DNA of 13,652 nucleotides from Candidatus Krumholzibacteriia bacterium. Its GTDB lineage: Bacteria > Krumholzibacteriota > Krumholzibacteriia > WVZY01. Each line of letters opens with the position of its first letter. Within the stretch, counting starts at the first letter, position 1. The stretch is taken from contig JAZGDW010000073.1 in assembly GCA_036478295.1 (NCBI GenBank), positions 1 to 13,652 on the forward strand, read 5' to 3'. The translations under genes were made by a program, and so were the position numbers. The notes beneath the pieces were generated by a model. The model saw only the letters and a list, made by a program, of their open reading frames with translations, ran no database searches and had not been told where the DNA came from. Shown here piece by piece: positions 1-7,983 of this stretch.

Positions 1-666
1 CCGGGAGATACAACGGCGTTGCTGCCCGCAGACGGGGCTCCCAGGGTCGAACTCGGGTTTCTAGGGGGCGGGAGCACGGTCAAGCCCGGCGCCGTTCTCC
101 GGGCGCGGATCCGCGATGCCGACGGCATCAACATCCTCAGCACCAGCCCGGAGGGCAAGATCGCGCTGGTATTCGATCGTTCCAACCTGCCCGTCGACGT
201 CACCGCGTTTTTCGAGTTTGACCATGGCGGGCTGGACACAGCCGGTACGCTGCTGTTTCCGCTGCCGGGCCTGTCCGTGGGCGAGCACCGGGCAATGTTC
301 AAAGTGAGCGACACGTTCGGGTTGACACGCCTGGATACGCTCGACTTCGTCGTAACAGATTCGCAGGACTTCAGTGCCGAGGTGGTACTCAATTACCCAA
401 ACCCTTTTGAATCATCCACTTATTTTCTCATGAATTTGACGGGGCAGGCTCGTATCCGCCTCGAGATCTTCACCGTGTCCGGCAAACGCATACGGACGCT
501 CGACGCGACACGGGATGCGGGAGAGGCCTGGATCCTGTGGGACGGACGGGACTTTTCCGGCGACACTATCGCCAACGGTACCTATCTTTATGTCGCCCGG
601 GTGGATTTTGTTGGTGTGAACCGGCCGCCGCAGGTGCTGCGCGGCAAGGTGGTCAAGATCGAGTAG
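1..666 (+). CDS. porU: T9SS sortase PorU-like protein, C-terminal part (5' truncated by window), ending in a type A CTD / FlgD-Ig-like sorting domain
   Basis: Frame 1 is open from base 1 (PGDTTALLPADGAP...). The segment LRARIRDADGINI...GTLLFPLPGLSVGEHRAMFKVSDTFG resembles the PorU pre-CTD region. The terminal NYPNPF...LEIFTVSGKRIRTL...WDGRDFSGDTIANGTYLY...GKVVKIE is a typical type A CTD. It lies directly upstream of a porV-like gene, as in Bacteroidota. The C25 catalytic domain is outside the window. Confidence 0.75.
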   Translation, partial: PGDTTALLPADGAPRVELGFLGGGSTVKPGAVLRARIRDADGINILSTSPEGKIALVFDRSNLPVDVTAFFEFDHGGLDTAGTLLFPLPGLSVGEHRAMFKVSDTFGLTRLDTLDFVVTDSQDFSAEVVLNYPNPFESSTYFLMNLTGQARIRLEIFTVSGKRIRTLDATRDAGEAWILWDGRDFSGDTIANGTYLYVARVDFVGVNRPPQVLRGKVVKIE

Positions 667-691
667 CCACCGCAGCCGGTCGCGTAAGACC

Positions 692-720
692 TTGACCCAA
701 CTGGTAAAAAGGTGTATTAT
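692..720 (+). promoter_or_regulatory. Sigma70-type promoter for the porV-like gene
   Basis: TTGACC (692-697), 17-nt spacer, TATTAT (715-720). Both hexamers match consensus 5/6 and sit in an AT-rich intergenic patch. Confidence 0.75.
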
Positions 721-733
721 ATTACTACAAATT

Positions 734-740
734 GAGGAGG
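734..740 (+). promoter_or_regulatory. Shine-Dalgarno site of porV-like gene
   Basis: GAGGAGG ends 9 nt before ATG 750, which favours 750 over the ORF-track TTG 732 as the start. Confidence 0.8.
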
Positions 741-749
741 ACTAAGCTT

Positions 750-1736
750 ATGCGCTGCAAGCTCTTGGCTAGTATCGGCTTGATATTGCTTCTGGTTTCC
801 ACATCGGCTTTTGCGGTGGGGGAAGCCGGTGTGCCATCGCTACTCATTCCGCCCGGAGCCCGCGCCAACGGAATGGGCGAAAGTTTCGTTGCGCTCGCCG
901 ACGACGCAACGGCGGTATGGTGGAACCCCGGGGGCCTGGCGTTTGTCCAGGGCCAGAACCTCGCGCTCATGCACAGCCAGCTCGTGCCGGACCTGGCTCC
1001 GGACGTATACTACGAGTATCTCGGATACACCAACCGCTTATCAAATTTCGGTACGCTGAGTTTCGGTATCGTGTACTTGACGTACGGTGACCAGACGGCG
1101 ACGTCGACGGGGAACGTATTCCTGGGCACGTTCAAGGCCTGGGAGGGAACGTTGATGGCGAGCTTCGCGGTCCCCCTGACGAATAACCTTGGTGTCGGGT
1201 TGACCGGCAAGTTCATTCACGTCGACCTCGCACCGGCGGAATTCACCGTGGAAAACCGGGAGGGTTCTGCCTCTTCGGTGGCGGTCGATGCCGGCTTGTT
1301 GTGGAAGCTGCCGAACTACAGGCTCTCTTTTGGTACGGCGATCACTAACCTCGGTCCCGACATTTCGTTCATCGACCAGGAGCAAAGCGATCCGCTGCCG
1401 TTCACCTTTCGGGCAGGCGTCGCCTACACGGCGATTACGGACGAAGTCAACAACCTGCTGGTTACTTTCGACATCGAGCAGAGTCTCGTGTGGCTTATCG
1501 ACAGCGAGACGAGAACGCGCCGGAGTGAGATCTACCATGTAGGAACCGAGTATCGCTATATCGACCTTCTCGTCGGCCGTCTTGGTTATATTTACGATCA
1601 GGACGGAGATTTTAAAGACCCCACATACGGCCTCGGCTTTATTTATAAGGAGAAGGTGGCGTTCGACTACGCCAACGTGCCGCAGGCCCAGACTCTGGAC
1701 CGAGTCCACCGTTGGTCGGTTGTGGTCTCGTTCTAA
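750..1736 (+). CDS. porV: PorV/PorQ-family (FadL-like) outer-membrane beta-barrel, T9SS shuttle-like, 328 aa
   Basis: Signal peptide MRCKLLASIGLILLLVSTSAFA. N-terminal family motif PSLLIPPGARANGMGESFVALADDATAVWWNPGGLAF. Internal motifs AVDAGLLW and ITNLGPDISF...DPLPFTFRAG. C-terminal beta-signal HRWSVVVSF. Adjacent to porU. Confidence 0.8.
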   Translation: MRCKLLASIGLILLLVSTSAFAVGEAGVPSLLIPPGARANGMGESFVALADDATAVWWNPGGLAFVQGQNLALMHSQLVPDLAPDVYYEYLGYTNRLSNFGTLSFGIVYLTYGDQTATSTGNVFLGTFKAWEGTLMASFAVPLTNNLGVGLTGKFIHVDLAPAEFTVENREGSASSVAVDAGLLWKLPNYRLSFGTAITNLGPDISFIDQEQSDPLPFTFRAGVAYTAITDEVNNLLVTFDIEQSLVWLIDSETRTRRSEIYHVGTEYRYIDLLVGRLGYIYDQDGDFKDPTYGLGFIYKEKVAFDYANVPQAQTLDRVHRWSVVVSF

Positions 1737-1795
1737 GTCGATTCTCCCCTGGTATACGCGCCCACTTTGAACGATTGCGATTCCCAAGGTCAGAC

Positions 1796-2755
1796 GTGCG
1801 AAACTGGATCCTTTTCTCTCTCGTGATTTCGGTTTGTCTGCCGGGCCCGTCGGGGATGTTCGTGCCCCGCGTGGAGGCCGCCGGCGAAGCCGCTTTGGGT
1901 ACGGTGATGGCCGGTGAGGCGATTCCACCGTACCTAGCGGTCCACGCGAGCGGCGCCGGGCTGAGGCCGGAATTCGCCAGTGACCCACCGGCGATCGCGC
2001 CTGAGCTTCCGCGCCTCGCCGGCGGGAGTCTCCAGGTGCTGGTCGTTGCCGGCCAGGACGCTCGACGGGGATGGCGAAAGTACCTGCCCGTTTTTTACTC
2101 GCTGGTTCTCCCCGGAACGGGGGAGATTTCGCTGGGGGCGTACAAGAGGGGCGCCGCTCTCGTCGTCGCCGAGGCGACGGCATGGACCGGTTACTCGATC
2201 AACCGCAACCGGGGTCTGGACAGCCGCGTGGAATTCGAAGCATTCGCGGACAAGCACTGGGATCACGATCGTTTCATCCGCGAGCACGTCGCCACCCAGA
2301 TGATACCTGGCGACCCAACCCTGGTGACCTTTGCGGAGCTGGACTCGTTCGGACAGAGCGCCGCATACCAGGGCGTCTGGCCGCCGTACCATAGTTACTC
2401 GGCGAAGGCGGACGAGAAGCGCAACTATTACGAGAATATCGGAAAATACAACTGGTTCATCTCCGGTTGGGAGGATTGGAATCGTGCCGCCAGTCCGCAG
2501 CAAATGGACACGGCGCTCCGCGACGAGTACCGGAGCATCCGCAACCGGAGCAACGACCAGCTGGACAGGGCCGACCGTTTCATCTATTTGAGTATAGCGG
2601 CGCGGGTCTTCTCGCTGGTTGAGACGGTTATCATGGTCAGAAGCCGTGATGCCGCGACAGACGCCTCGGCCGCGCCGTCCAGGCGCTATTCGTTGACGGC
2701 AAGGTCGACGGGTCTTGCCTCCGGCGAAATAGCGTTCGAGTATCGATTTCGATGA
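1796..2755 (+). CDS. Hypothetical exported membrane protein (DUF5683-like SLxLPGxG motif), paralog A
   Basis: Long ORF (track start 1712 overlaps porV). The likely start is GTG 1796 after AAGGT, giving a signal-like RNWILFSLVISVCLPG. Motifs YSLVLPGTGEISLG and YYENIGKYNWFISGWEDW, a late hydrophobic helix, and C-terminus GEIAFEYRFR. The family name is tentative. Confidence 0.7.
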   Translation: MRNWILFSLVISVCLPGPSGMFVPRVEAAGEAALGTVMAGEAIPPYLAVHASGAGLRPEFASDPPAIAPELPRLAGGSLQVLVVAGQDARRGWRKYLPVFYSLVLPGTGEISLGAYKRGAALVVAEATAWTGYSINRNRGLDSRVEFEAFADKHWDHDRFIREHVATQMIPGDPTLVTFAELDSFGQSAAYQGVWPPYHSYSAKADEKRNYYENIGKYNWFISGWEDWNRAASPQQMDTALRDEYRSIRNRSNDQLDRADRFIYLSIAARVFSLVETVIMVRSRDAATDASAAPSRRYSLTARSTGLASGEIAFEYRFR

Positions 2756-3555
2756 ATCTGATTCGAAAAACTCTTAGCGTCATGCTGTTGCTCGCTGTGT
2801 TGCCGGCGCCGGGTGCGGCGTTCACGCTGCGGCGGGCGCCCTCCATGGACTATGCGGCGGAGGAACCACGCGAGCCGGCGCCGGGCGCGGTGCAGATGCT
2901 TCCCGGATCGGACGGCGGAGAGAACAAGTCCATCGGCCGAGCGATCCTGTATTCACTCGCCCTACCGGGACTGGGACATCGCTACCTGGGAAGGGCCGGT
3001 ATGGCCCGGATGTTCTACGTGGCTGAGGGTGCGGTGTGGACCTCGTTCGTCGCTTTTGAGGTCCAGGGCCGCCTGCGGGAAGACGCATACAAGGATTACG
3101 CGGTCCAGTTTGCCGGGCTCGCGTCGAGCGGTCACTCGGACGATTACTATGCCCTCTTGACGGATTTCAACTCTTCGGACGATTATGAGTCCCAGATAAG
3201 GAGCGAAGGCCGGAGCGAATTCTTTCCCGGCGGGGACTCGCAAACGCTGCATGACTACTACCTGAGCAATCGCATCGGCGATTTCGAGCCCTGGGCATGG
3301 AGCAGCGAGAACGCTCGGCTCTTCTACCAGGAGCGGCGTGCGGCCAGCAAAAGGGCCTTCCGGCGACGGACCTACGCGGTCGCCGCGGCGATCGCCAACC
3401 GCGTGGTGGCCGTGTTCTTCGCGGTGAAGGTAAGCCGGGAGATGAGTCAGCGCCAGAGCGCCATGCAGCGTGGCTTTCACATCGAGATCGGCGCGCCCGG
3501 GTATTACCCAGGCGGCGAGTTTCAAACCGGAGTCTCGATTGTTCGCAGATTCTGA
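2752..3555 (+). CDS. Hypothetical exported membrane protein (DUF5683-like), paralog B, 267 aa
   Basis: ATGA overlap with the previous gene. Signal peptide MNLIRKTLSVMLLLAVLPAPGAA. Motif YSLALPGLGHRYLG, hydrophobic helix YAVAAAIANRVVAVFFAV, C-terminus TGVSIVRRF. Confidence 0.75.
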   Translation: MNLIRKTLSVMLLLAVLPAPGAAFTLRRAPSMDYAAEEPREPAPGAVQMLPGSDGGENKSIGRAILYSLALPGLGHRYLGRAGMARMFYVAEGAVWTSFVAFEVQGRLREDAYKDYAVQFAGLASSGHSDDYYALLTDFNSSDDYESQIRSEGRSEFFPGGDSQTLHDYYLSNRIGDFEPWAWSSENARLFYQERRAASKRAFRRRTYAVAAAIANRVVAVFFAVKVSREMSQRQSAMQRGFHIEIGAPGYYPGGEFQTGVSIVRRF

Positions 3556-3612
3556 CGCACCCCGAGTTGTCTCCGCTATCTATCCAGCCTGCTGAAAGTG
3601 TGGTGAGGCACC

Positions 3613-4545
3613 ATGAACGAGTCCGCAATCGTGAACCTCAAGGTGTCGTTGGCCGTCCTGTTGCTGGTCGGCTGCGCCTCCGGTCGCGTCGTTCGGGTGA
3701 CGGACAGCCCGCAGGGCGAGGGAGCGGTCGTACCGGTGATGACCATCAGCGCGGTCGGCGGTATCGTGCTCGGCGAGCCGTTGGCGGTTACCATCGATTT
3801 TGACGGGAACGTGCTGGTGGCGGACGGTGTTCCGGGAAGGCTGGTGCGTATCGACGCGGCTGGTAAACAGGCGCTGGAGTTCCAGCGGCCCGCGCACAGC
3901 CCGGGATTTCATCCCAGCGACGTGAAGCTGAGCGGCTTTCTCATCTACGCCATGGACGAGGTGGGGAGGGTGCTGCAGCGCTTCGACACGGACGGGGCGT
4001 ATCGTGACCAGTTGATCAATTTCGACGAGACGTTCGATGAGGGAAGCATCTCCCCGATCGGCCTGGATGTCGACCCTTCGGGTAGAATCGCCGTCACCGA
4101 CGTGCGGAACCACCAGATCATATTGTTCAACAGCTTTCTCGACGTCGAGCTTGTGTTCGGTAGCTACGGCGCGTTTCCCGGCCAGTTCAACTCGCCGGAG
4201 GGAGTTTCGTTCACCGACCGCGGTCAACTGCTGGTCGCCGACACGGGCAACCGCAGGATTCAACGTCTCGATACCGACGGGAGTTTTCTGGGCCAGATTC
4301 CGGCCGATCCCACGGACAACCCCCTGAGGAAACCCCGGCGGGTCGTGGCCGACGCCGCCGGCAATATCTATGTCGCCGATCCAGCGGCGGGCCGCGTGTT
4401 CGTGTTCGACGCCGCCGGGCGGCTGGTCCGATCGCTTTCGCCGCAAGGCGTCGCCGAGTTCCGTCCTACCGATGTGGCCGTCGCCCCGACTGGACTTCTC
4501 TACGTGACGGATACCGCGAGTAACTCCCTCTATGTGTTCAGGTGA
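3613..4545 (+). CDS. NHL-repeat beta-propeller lipoprotein, 310 aa
   Basis: Lipobox LLLVG|C (Cys21, 3673-3675). About six NHL-type blades, e.g. FNSPEGVSFTDRGQLLVADTGNRRIQ, LRKPRRVVADAAGNIYVADPAAGRVFVF and FRPTDVAVAPTGLLYVTDTASNSLYVF. GAGG precedes the ATG. Confidence 0.85.
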   Translation: MNESAIVNLKVSLAVLLLVGCASGRVVRVTDSPQGEGAVVPVMTISAVGGIVLGEPLAVTIDFDGNVLVADGVPGRLVRIDAAGKQALEFQRPAHSPGFHPSDVKLSGFLIYAMDEVGRVLQRFDTDGAYRDQLINFDETFDEGSISPIGLDVDPSGRIAVTDVRNHQIILFNSFLDVELVFGSYGAFPGQFNSPEGVSFTDRGQLLVADTGNRRIQRLDTDGSFLGQIPADPTDNPLRKPRRVVADAAGNIYVADPAAGRVFVFDAAGRLVRSLSPQGVAEFRPTDVAVAPTGLLYVTDTASNSLYVFR

Positions 4546-4581
4546 TGTCGTATTCGCGTACCCTCGTCAGCAATCGCCTGG

Positions 4582-7500
4582 TTGATCCGCCTCACTGTTC
4601 TCCTCTTCGCCCTTGTCGCGGCCGTGTCTCCCGCGCGGCCCCAATCCTACGACTGGAGGTCGTGGGGTTCCGTCACGGATACGATCGCCGGCGCCGACGC
4701 GGGCGGCCGCGTGTACCTCAGTTCGGTCTTCATCGAGGCGGGAAGCGAGACGGTGGTGGTGAACGGCAAAGAGTTCAGCACCGATTTCTACGAGATAAAC
4801 TACCAGCGTGGCGTGTTCAGATTCACCGTTGGCGTGGGGGATGACGCGCTTATTACCGTGTCATATACGCGCCTGCCCTTTTTGCTCAATTCGGTGTATG
4901 CGATCCGTGAGATCGAATTTGCCGACACGCCACAGCGACCGCCGCCGGCCAAACCGGTTTTCACGCAAAAGAAGCAATCGCTGTTCGATCCGACGGGCGA
5001 TCTGGTTTTTGGAGGTGTGAAATCGATAACCCTCTCCACGGGCACGAACAAGAGCACGTCACTGGACCAATCGTTGCGCGCGACAGTAGAGGGGAATCTC
5101 ACACCGACCATCAAGGTCAAGGCCCTGCTGTCCGACGATAACCTGCCCATTCAACCCCGGGGAAACACACAGGAACTGGAGTATCTCGACAAGGTCTTCG
5201 TCGAGTTTACCGGTCCTCGCGCGAGCGCGCTCCTCGGCGATTTTGCTTTTCAAAACAATATGTCCAAGTACTCGACGTTCCGTCGCGAACTCAAGGGCGC
5301 TTCCGGACAGGCCACGTTCGGCAATAGCACGTTCGGCGCGGCCGCCGGCTCCGCCAAAGGTGTGTTTCGTTCCATTACCTTTCGGGGCACGGAGCAGCTG
5401 CAGGGCCCCTACGACCTGCTGCCGCAAGGGCGCGCGGCCGGCGAAGTCATTATCGCCGGCACCGAGAAGGTATATTTCGACGGCGAACTCTTGCAGAGAG
5501 GCCAGAACCGGGACTACACGATCGATTACGACCGGGGTACGCTCACCTTTACGCCGAGACGGCTGGTGACCGCGGACACCGAAATCGGTGTCGACTTCGA
5601 GCTCACACAGCAACAGTTCGACCGGACCTCGGTGTTCGGTAGCTCGGACACGAGGAAACTGCCCGGTGGGTTCATATTGCAAACGCTGGTGGCCCGTGAG
5701 AAGGACGACTCGGACCGGCCGAGTTCGACGACGCTGAGCGACGCGGACCTCTCCGTCATCGAGGCGGCGGGCGACGAGCCCGATCAGGCGATCGCCAACG
5801 GTGTTACGCTCGTCGGCGCCGGCGAGGGTGAGTATGTCTTGATTCCGGGCGATTCGCTCGCGGGGATTCCGGACCACTACGAATTCGATGACACGACCGG
5901 AACGTTTGTTCTGGCCTTCGTCAACGTCGGCGCGGGCCGGGGTGACTACGTGCTCGACGGGATTACCGCCGACGGCAGGCCCGTCTATCGCTTCGCCGGT
6001 CAGGGGCAGGGCAACCTCGTCATCGGCAGGCAGCTGCCGTTGCCGCAATCTCACAGTATCTTCACCACGCGGCTCGCCCGGGCCCAGGGGCGATTCGACT
6101 TCGACCTCCAGTACAACGTCAGCAATTTTGACGCCAACACGTTATCTTCGCGCGGCGACGGAGACAATATTGGTGACGCGGGCGAGCTCGCCGTCGTACT
6201 GAGAGACGTCCCTGCGCCGTTGGGCAAGCTCGAGCTATCCGGCGTCGTCAGTACCGTCCGCGACCGCTTCCGCAGCCTGGAGAAGACGCGGGCCTGGTTC
6301 TTCTACCGCGACTGGAATCTCGAAGGGGTCCCGCTCATCGGCCGCGAGGTGATAAGCGAGGTGACGACATCCTTCATTCGGAGCAAAAATCTCAGGGTCG
6401 ACTACCAGCTGGCCGGCATCCGCCGGGATAATTTCGACGGGATCAAACAGGAGGGACGGTTGTCGCTGGTGTCTCTCGATGACAGGAGTCTGAACGCCCG
6501 TGTGTTCTCCACGGACGTCGAAGGCGACAATCAACAGAGAACGCGCGAACACGGGACGATGTCGTTGTCCTACGGTTTCTGGCAGGTGGTGCCTTCGGTC
6601 GTTCTTTCCACGGAGGAATTCCTCGTCCAGTCACCGGTCTTGCCGGATACGGGCATTGCGTATGATAGATATGTAGTCCGGCTGGGAAAACGAAAGTACG
6701 AACGCTTCAATTTCTCGGTTCAGGTGGAGGAACGCAATACGGAACAGCTCGCCGATACCACCGGTGGCTTTGTGGACACGCGCCGTGATCGGACGTTCAG
6801 CGGTTCGCTCGCCGCCCGTGGCACCGGGGTGCTGCAGGCCGAGCTGCAGTATTCTCACCGCATCGAGGACGATCGCCGGTTGGGTGGTTCGCGGACTTCC
6901 GACCTGGCGCGGCTCAAGGGGATCTTGCGCCTGCAGCGAATCGGCGTGCGGTCGAACTTCGACTACGAGATCAGTCAGAACCAGTTTCGCAGCCAGGAGA
7001 AATCGGTCGTATTCGTGGGAGAGGGACAGGGAGATTTCAACGAACTCGGCGAACCGGTGGGCAAGGGCAGGGGCGCCTACACGGTGATCTTTCTGCCAAC
7101 GCTACAGACCACGCCGACCCGGCGAGTGGATTTCACGCTTCACACCTTCTACAAGGCGCCTGCGAAAGGAAGCAGATGGCAGAAGGGCGACGGGTTGCTG
7201 GCGTGGCTGCGAGCAAACGTCTCTCTCCGGCAGGCGTTCAGTATCAAGGAGGAAACCACTTTTGACGACGCCTACAAGGTGTACCTGTTTTTTCCTTCGG
7301 CCCTGCAGCGGGACGACGCCACTCTCAACGGGGTGATTTCGCTCCGGCAGGACTGGTCGCTGCTCGACGATTATCCGAATCTCTCGCTCACCCTACGATA
7401 CCAGAGAGACGACGAGGAGGAGAACCGTTTCAATTCCATAAAGGAAGACAGGTTCTTCGAGCAGCAGATCGTGCGGGTGGACCGGTCGATGTCGAGGCTG

Positions 7501-7983
7501 CTGACGCTCAATGCGGCCGTCACGCGGGAGATCCGCCGCCGCCGGGGCAAAGGTCTGCCCACGGGCACGGGCAGCACCTACGATGCCACCGCGTGGAAGC
7601 TAGGCGCTGGCTGGGGCCTGCGCCTGTCGGGAGGAAGTACCGTCGACGGGGTGCTGGAGTTCCAGAGGCAAGAGGACGGTGAATCCGGGGCCGAGGAGAC
7701 CGCGTTGTCACTCCGGCCGAGATTTGTGTGGCGCGTGTCAAAAGCGTTCAACGTCTTCGGGCGCTACGAAGTGACGCGGTTTTCGGGGGAGGAACCGCAG
7801 GGGATAAAACCGCTGTTTTTCTCCAACGAGGGGACCACGCACCGCTGGAGCCTGACCCCAAACCTGAAGTTATCGAAGGCGATCACCATGCTGGCGACCT
7901 ACGAGGGAAGAAGCGAGAAAACCTTCTCCGGAAACAGGATTACAGAGAATGAATTTCGAATCGAAACACGGGCTTTTTTTTAG
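4582..7983 (+). CDS. Large predicted outer-membrane beta-barrel protein (1133 aa) with SprA-like motifs; function unknown
   Basis: Signal-like N-terminus (IRLTVLLFALVAAVSPARP). Motif IIAGTEKVYFDGELLQRGQNRDYTIDYDRGTLTF resembles the SprA-type GSExVxxxG...DYxxDYxxG motif. Many amphipathic beta-strands in the C-terminal two-thirds and terminal beta-signal FRIETRAFF. The TTG start lacks a clear SD, so the start is uncertain. Confidence 0.75.
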   Translation: MIRLTVLLFALVAAVSPARPQSYDWRSWGSVTDTIAGADAGGRVYLSSVFIEAGSETVVVNGKEFSTDFYEINYQRGVFRFTVGVGDDALITVSYTRLPFLLNSVYAIREIEFADTPQRPPPAKPVFTQKKQSLFDPTGDLVFGGVKSITLSTGTNKSTSLDQSLRATVEGNLTPTIKVKALLSDDNLPIQPRGNTQELEYLDKVFVEFTGPRASALLGDFAFQNNMSKYSTFRRELKGASGQATFGNSTFGAAAGSAKGVFRSITFRGTEQLQGPYDLLPQGRAAGEVIIAGTEKVYFDGELLQRGQNRDYTIDYDRGTLTFTPRRLVTADTEIGVDFELTQQQFDRTSVFGSSDTRKLPGGFILQTLVAREKDDSDRPSSTTLSDADLSVIEAAGDEPDQAIANGVTLVGAGEGEYVLIPGDSLAGIPDHYEFDDTTGTFVLAFVNVGAGRGDYVLDGITADGRPVYRFAGQGQGNLVIGRQLPLPQSHSIFTTRLARAQGRFDFDLQYNVSNFDANTLSSRGDGDNIGDAGELAVVLRDVPAPLGKLELSGVVSTVRDRFRSLEKTRAWFFYRDWNLEGVPLIGREVISEVTTSFIRSKNLRVDYQLAGIRRDNFDGIKQEGRLSLVSLDDRSLNARVFSTDVEGDNQQRTREHGTMSLSYGFWQVVPSVVLSTEEFLVQSPVLPDTGIAYDRYVVRLGKRKYERFNFSVQVEERNTEQLADTTGGFVDTRRDRTFSGSLAARGTGVLQAELQYSHRIEDDRRLGGSRTSDLARLKGILRLQRIGVRSNFDYEISQNQFRSQEKSVVFVGEGQGDFNELGEPVGKGRGAYTVIFLPTLQTTPTRRVDFTLHTFYKAPAKGSRWQKGDGLLAWLRANVSLRQAFSIKEETTFDDAYKVYLFFPSALQRDDATLNGVISLRQDWSLLDDYPNLSLTLRYQRDDEEENRFNSIKEDRFFEQQIVRVDRSMSRLLTLNAAVTREIRRRRGKGLPTGTGSTYDATAWKLGAGWGLRLSGGSTVDGVLEFQRQEDGESGAEETALSLRPRFVWRVSKAFNVFGRYEVTRFSGEEPQGIKPLFFSNEGTTHRWSLTPNLKLSKAITMLATYEGRSEKTFSGNRITENEFRIETRAFF

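Noticed and set aside
1500..1660. Locally lower GC in the 3' part of porV suggesting foreign origin
   Set aside because: Short stretch explained by Tyr/Ile/Phe/Lys-rich strands; no mobility genes or flanking repeats.
1750..1758. TGGTATACG as an extended -10 promoter for the paralog pair
   Set aside because: Lacks the conserved final T of the -10 hexamer and has no credible -35.
1041..2183. 380-aa minus-strand ORF, and other long antisense ORFs such as 3580-4446, 5059-6054, 11143-11943 and 13150-13584
   Set aside because: They shadow well-supported plus-strand genes, are Arg/Pro-rich or motif-less, and are expected in high-GC DNA.
4543..4581. TGA read-through or selenocysteine fusion of the NHL lipoprotein with the in-frame large OMP
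   Set aside because: No convincing SECIS-like hairpin after the TGA, the propeller ends naturally at YVFR, and the OMP has its own signal peptide.
4582..7983. Calling the large OMP sprA, tamB or a TonB-dependent receptor
   Set aside because: About half the length of SprA, with no recognisable DUF490 C-terminus or TonB plug motifs, so no gene symbol was assigned.
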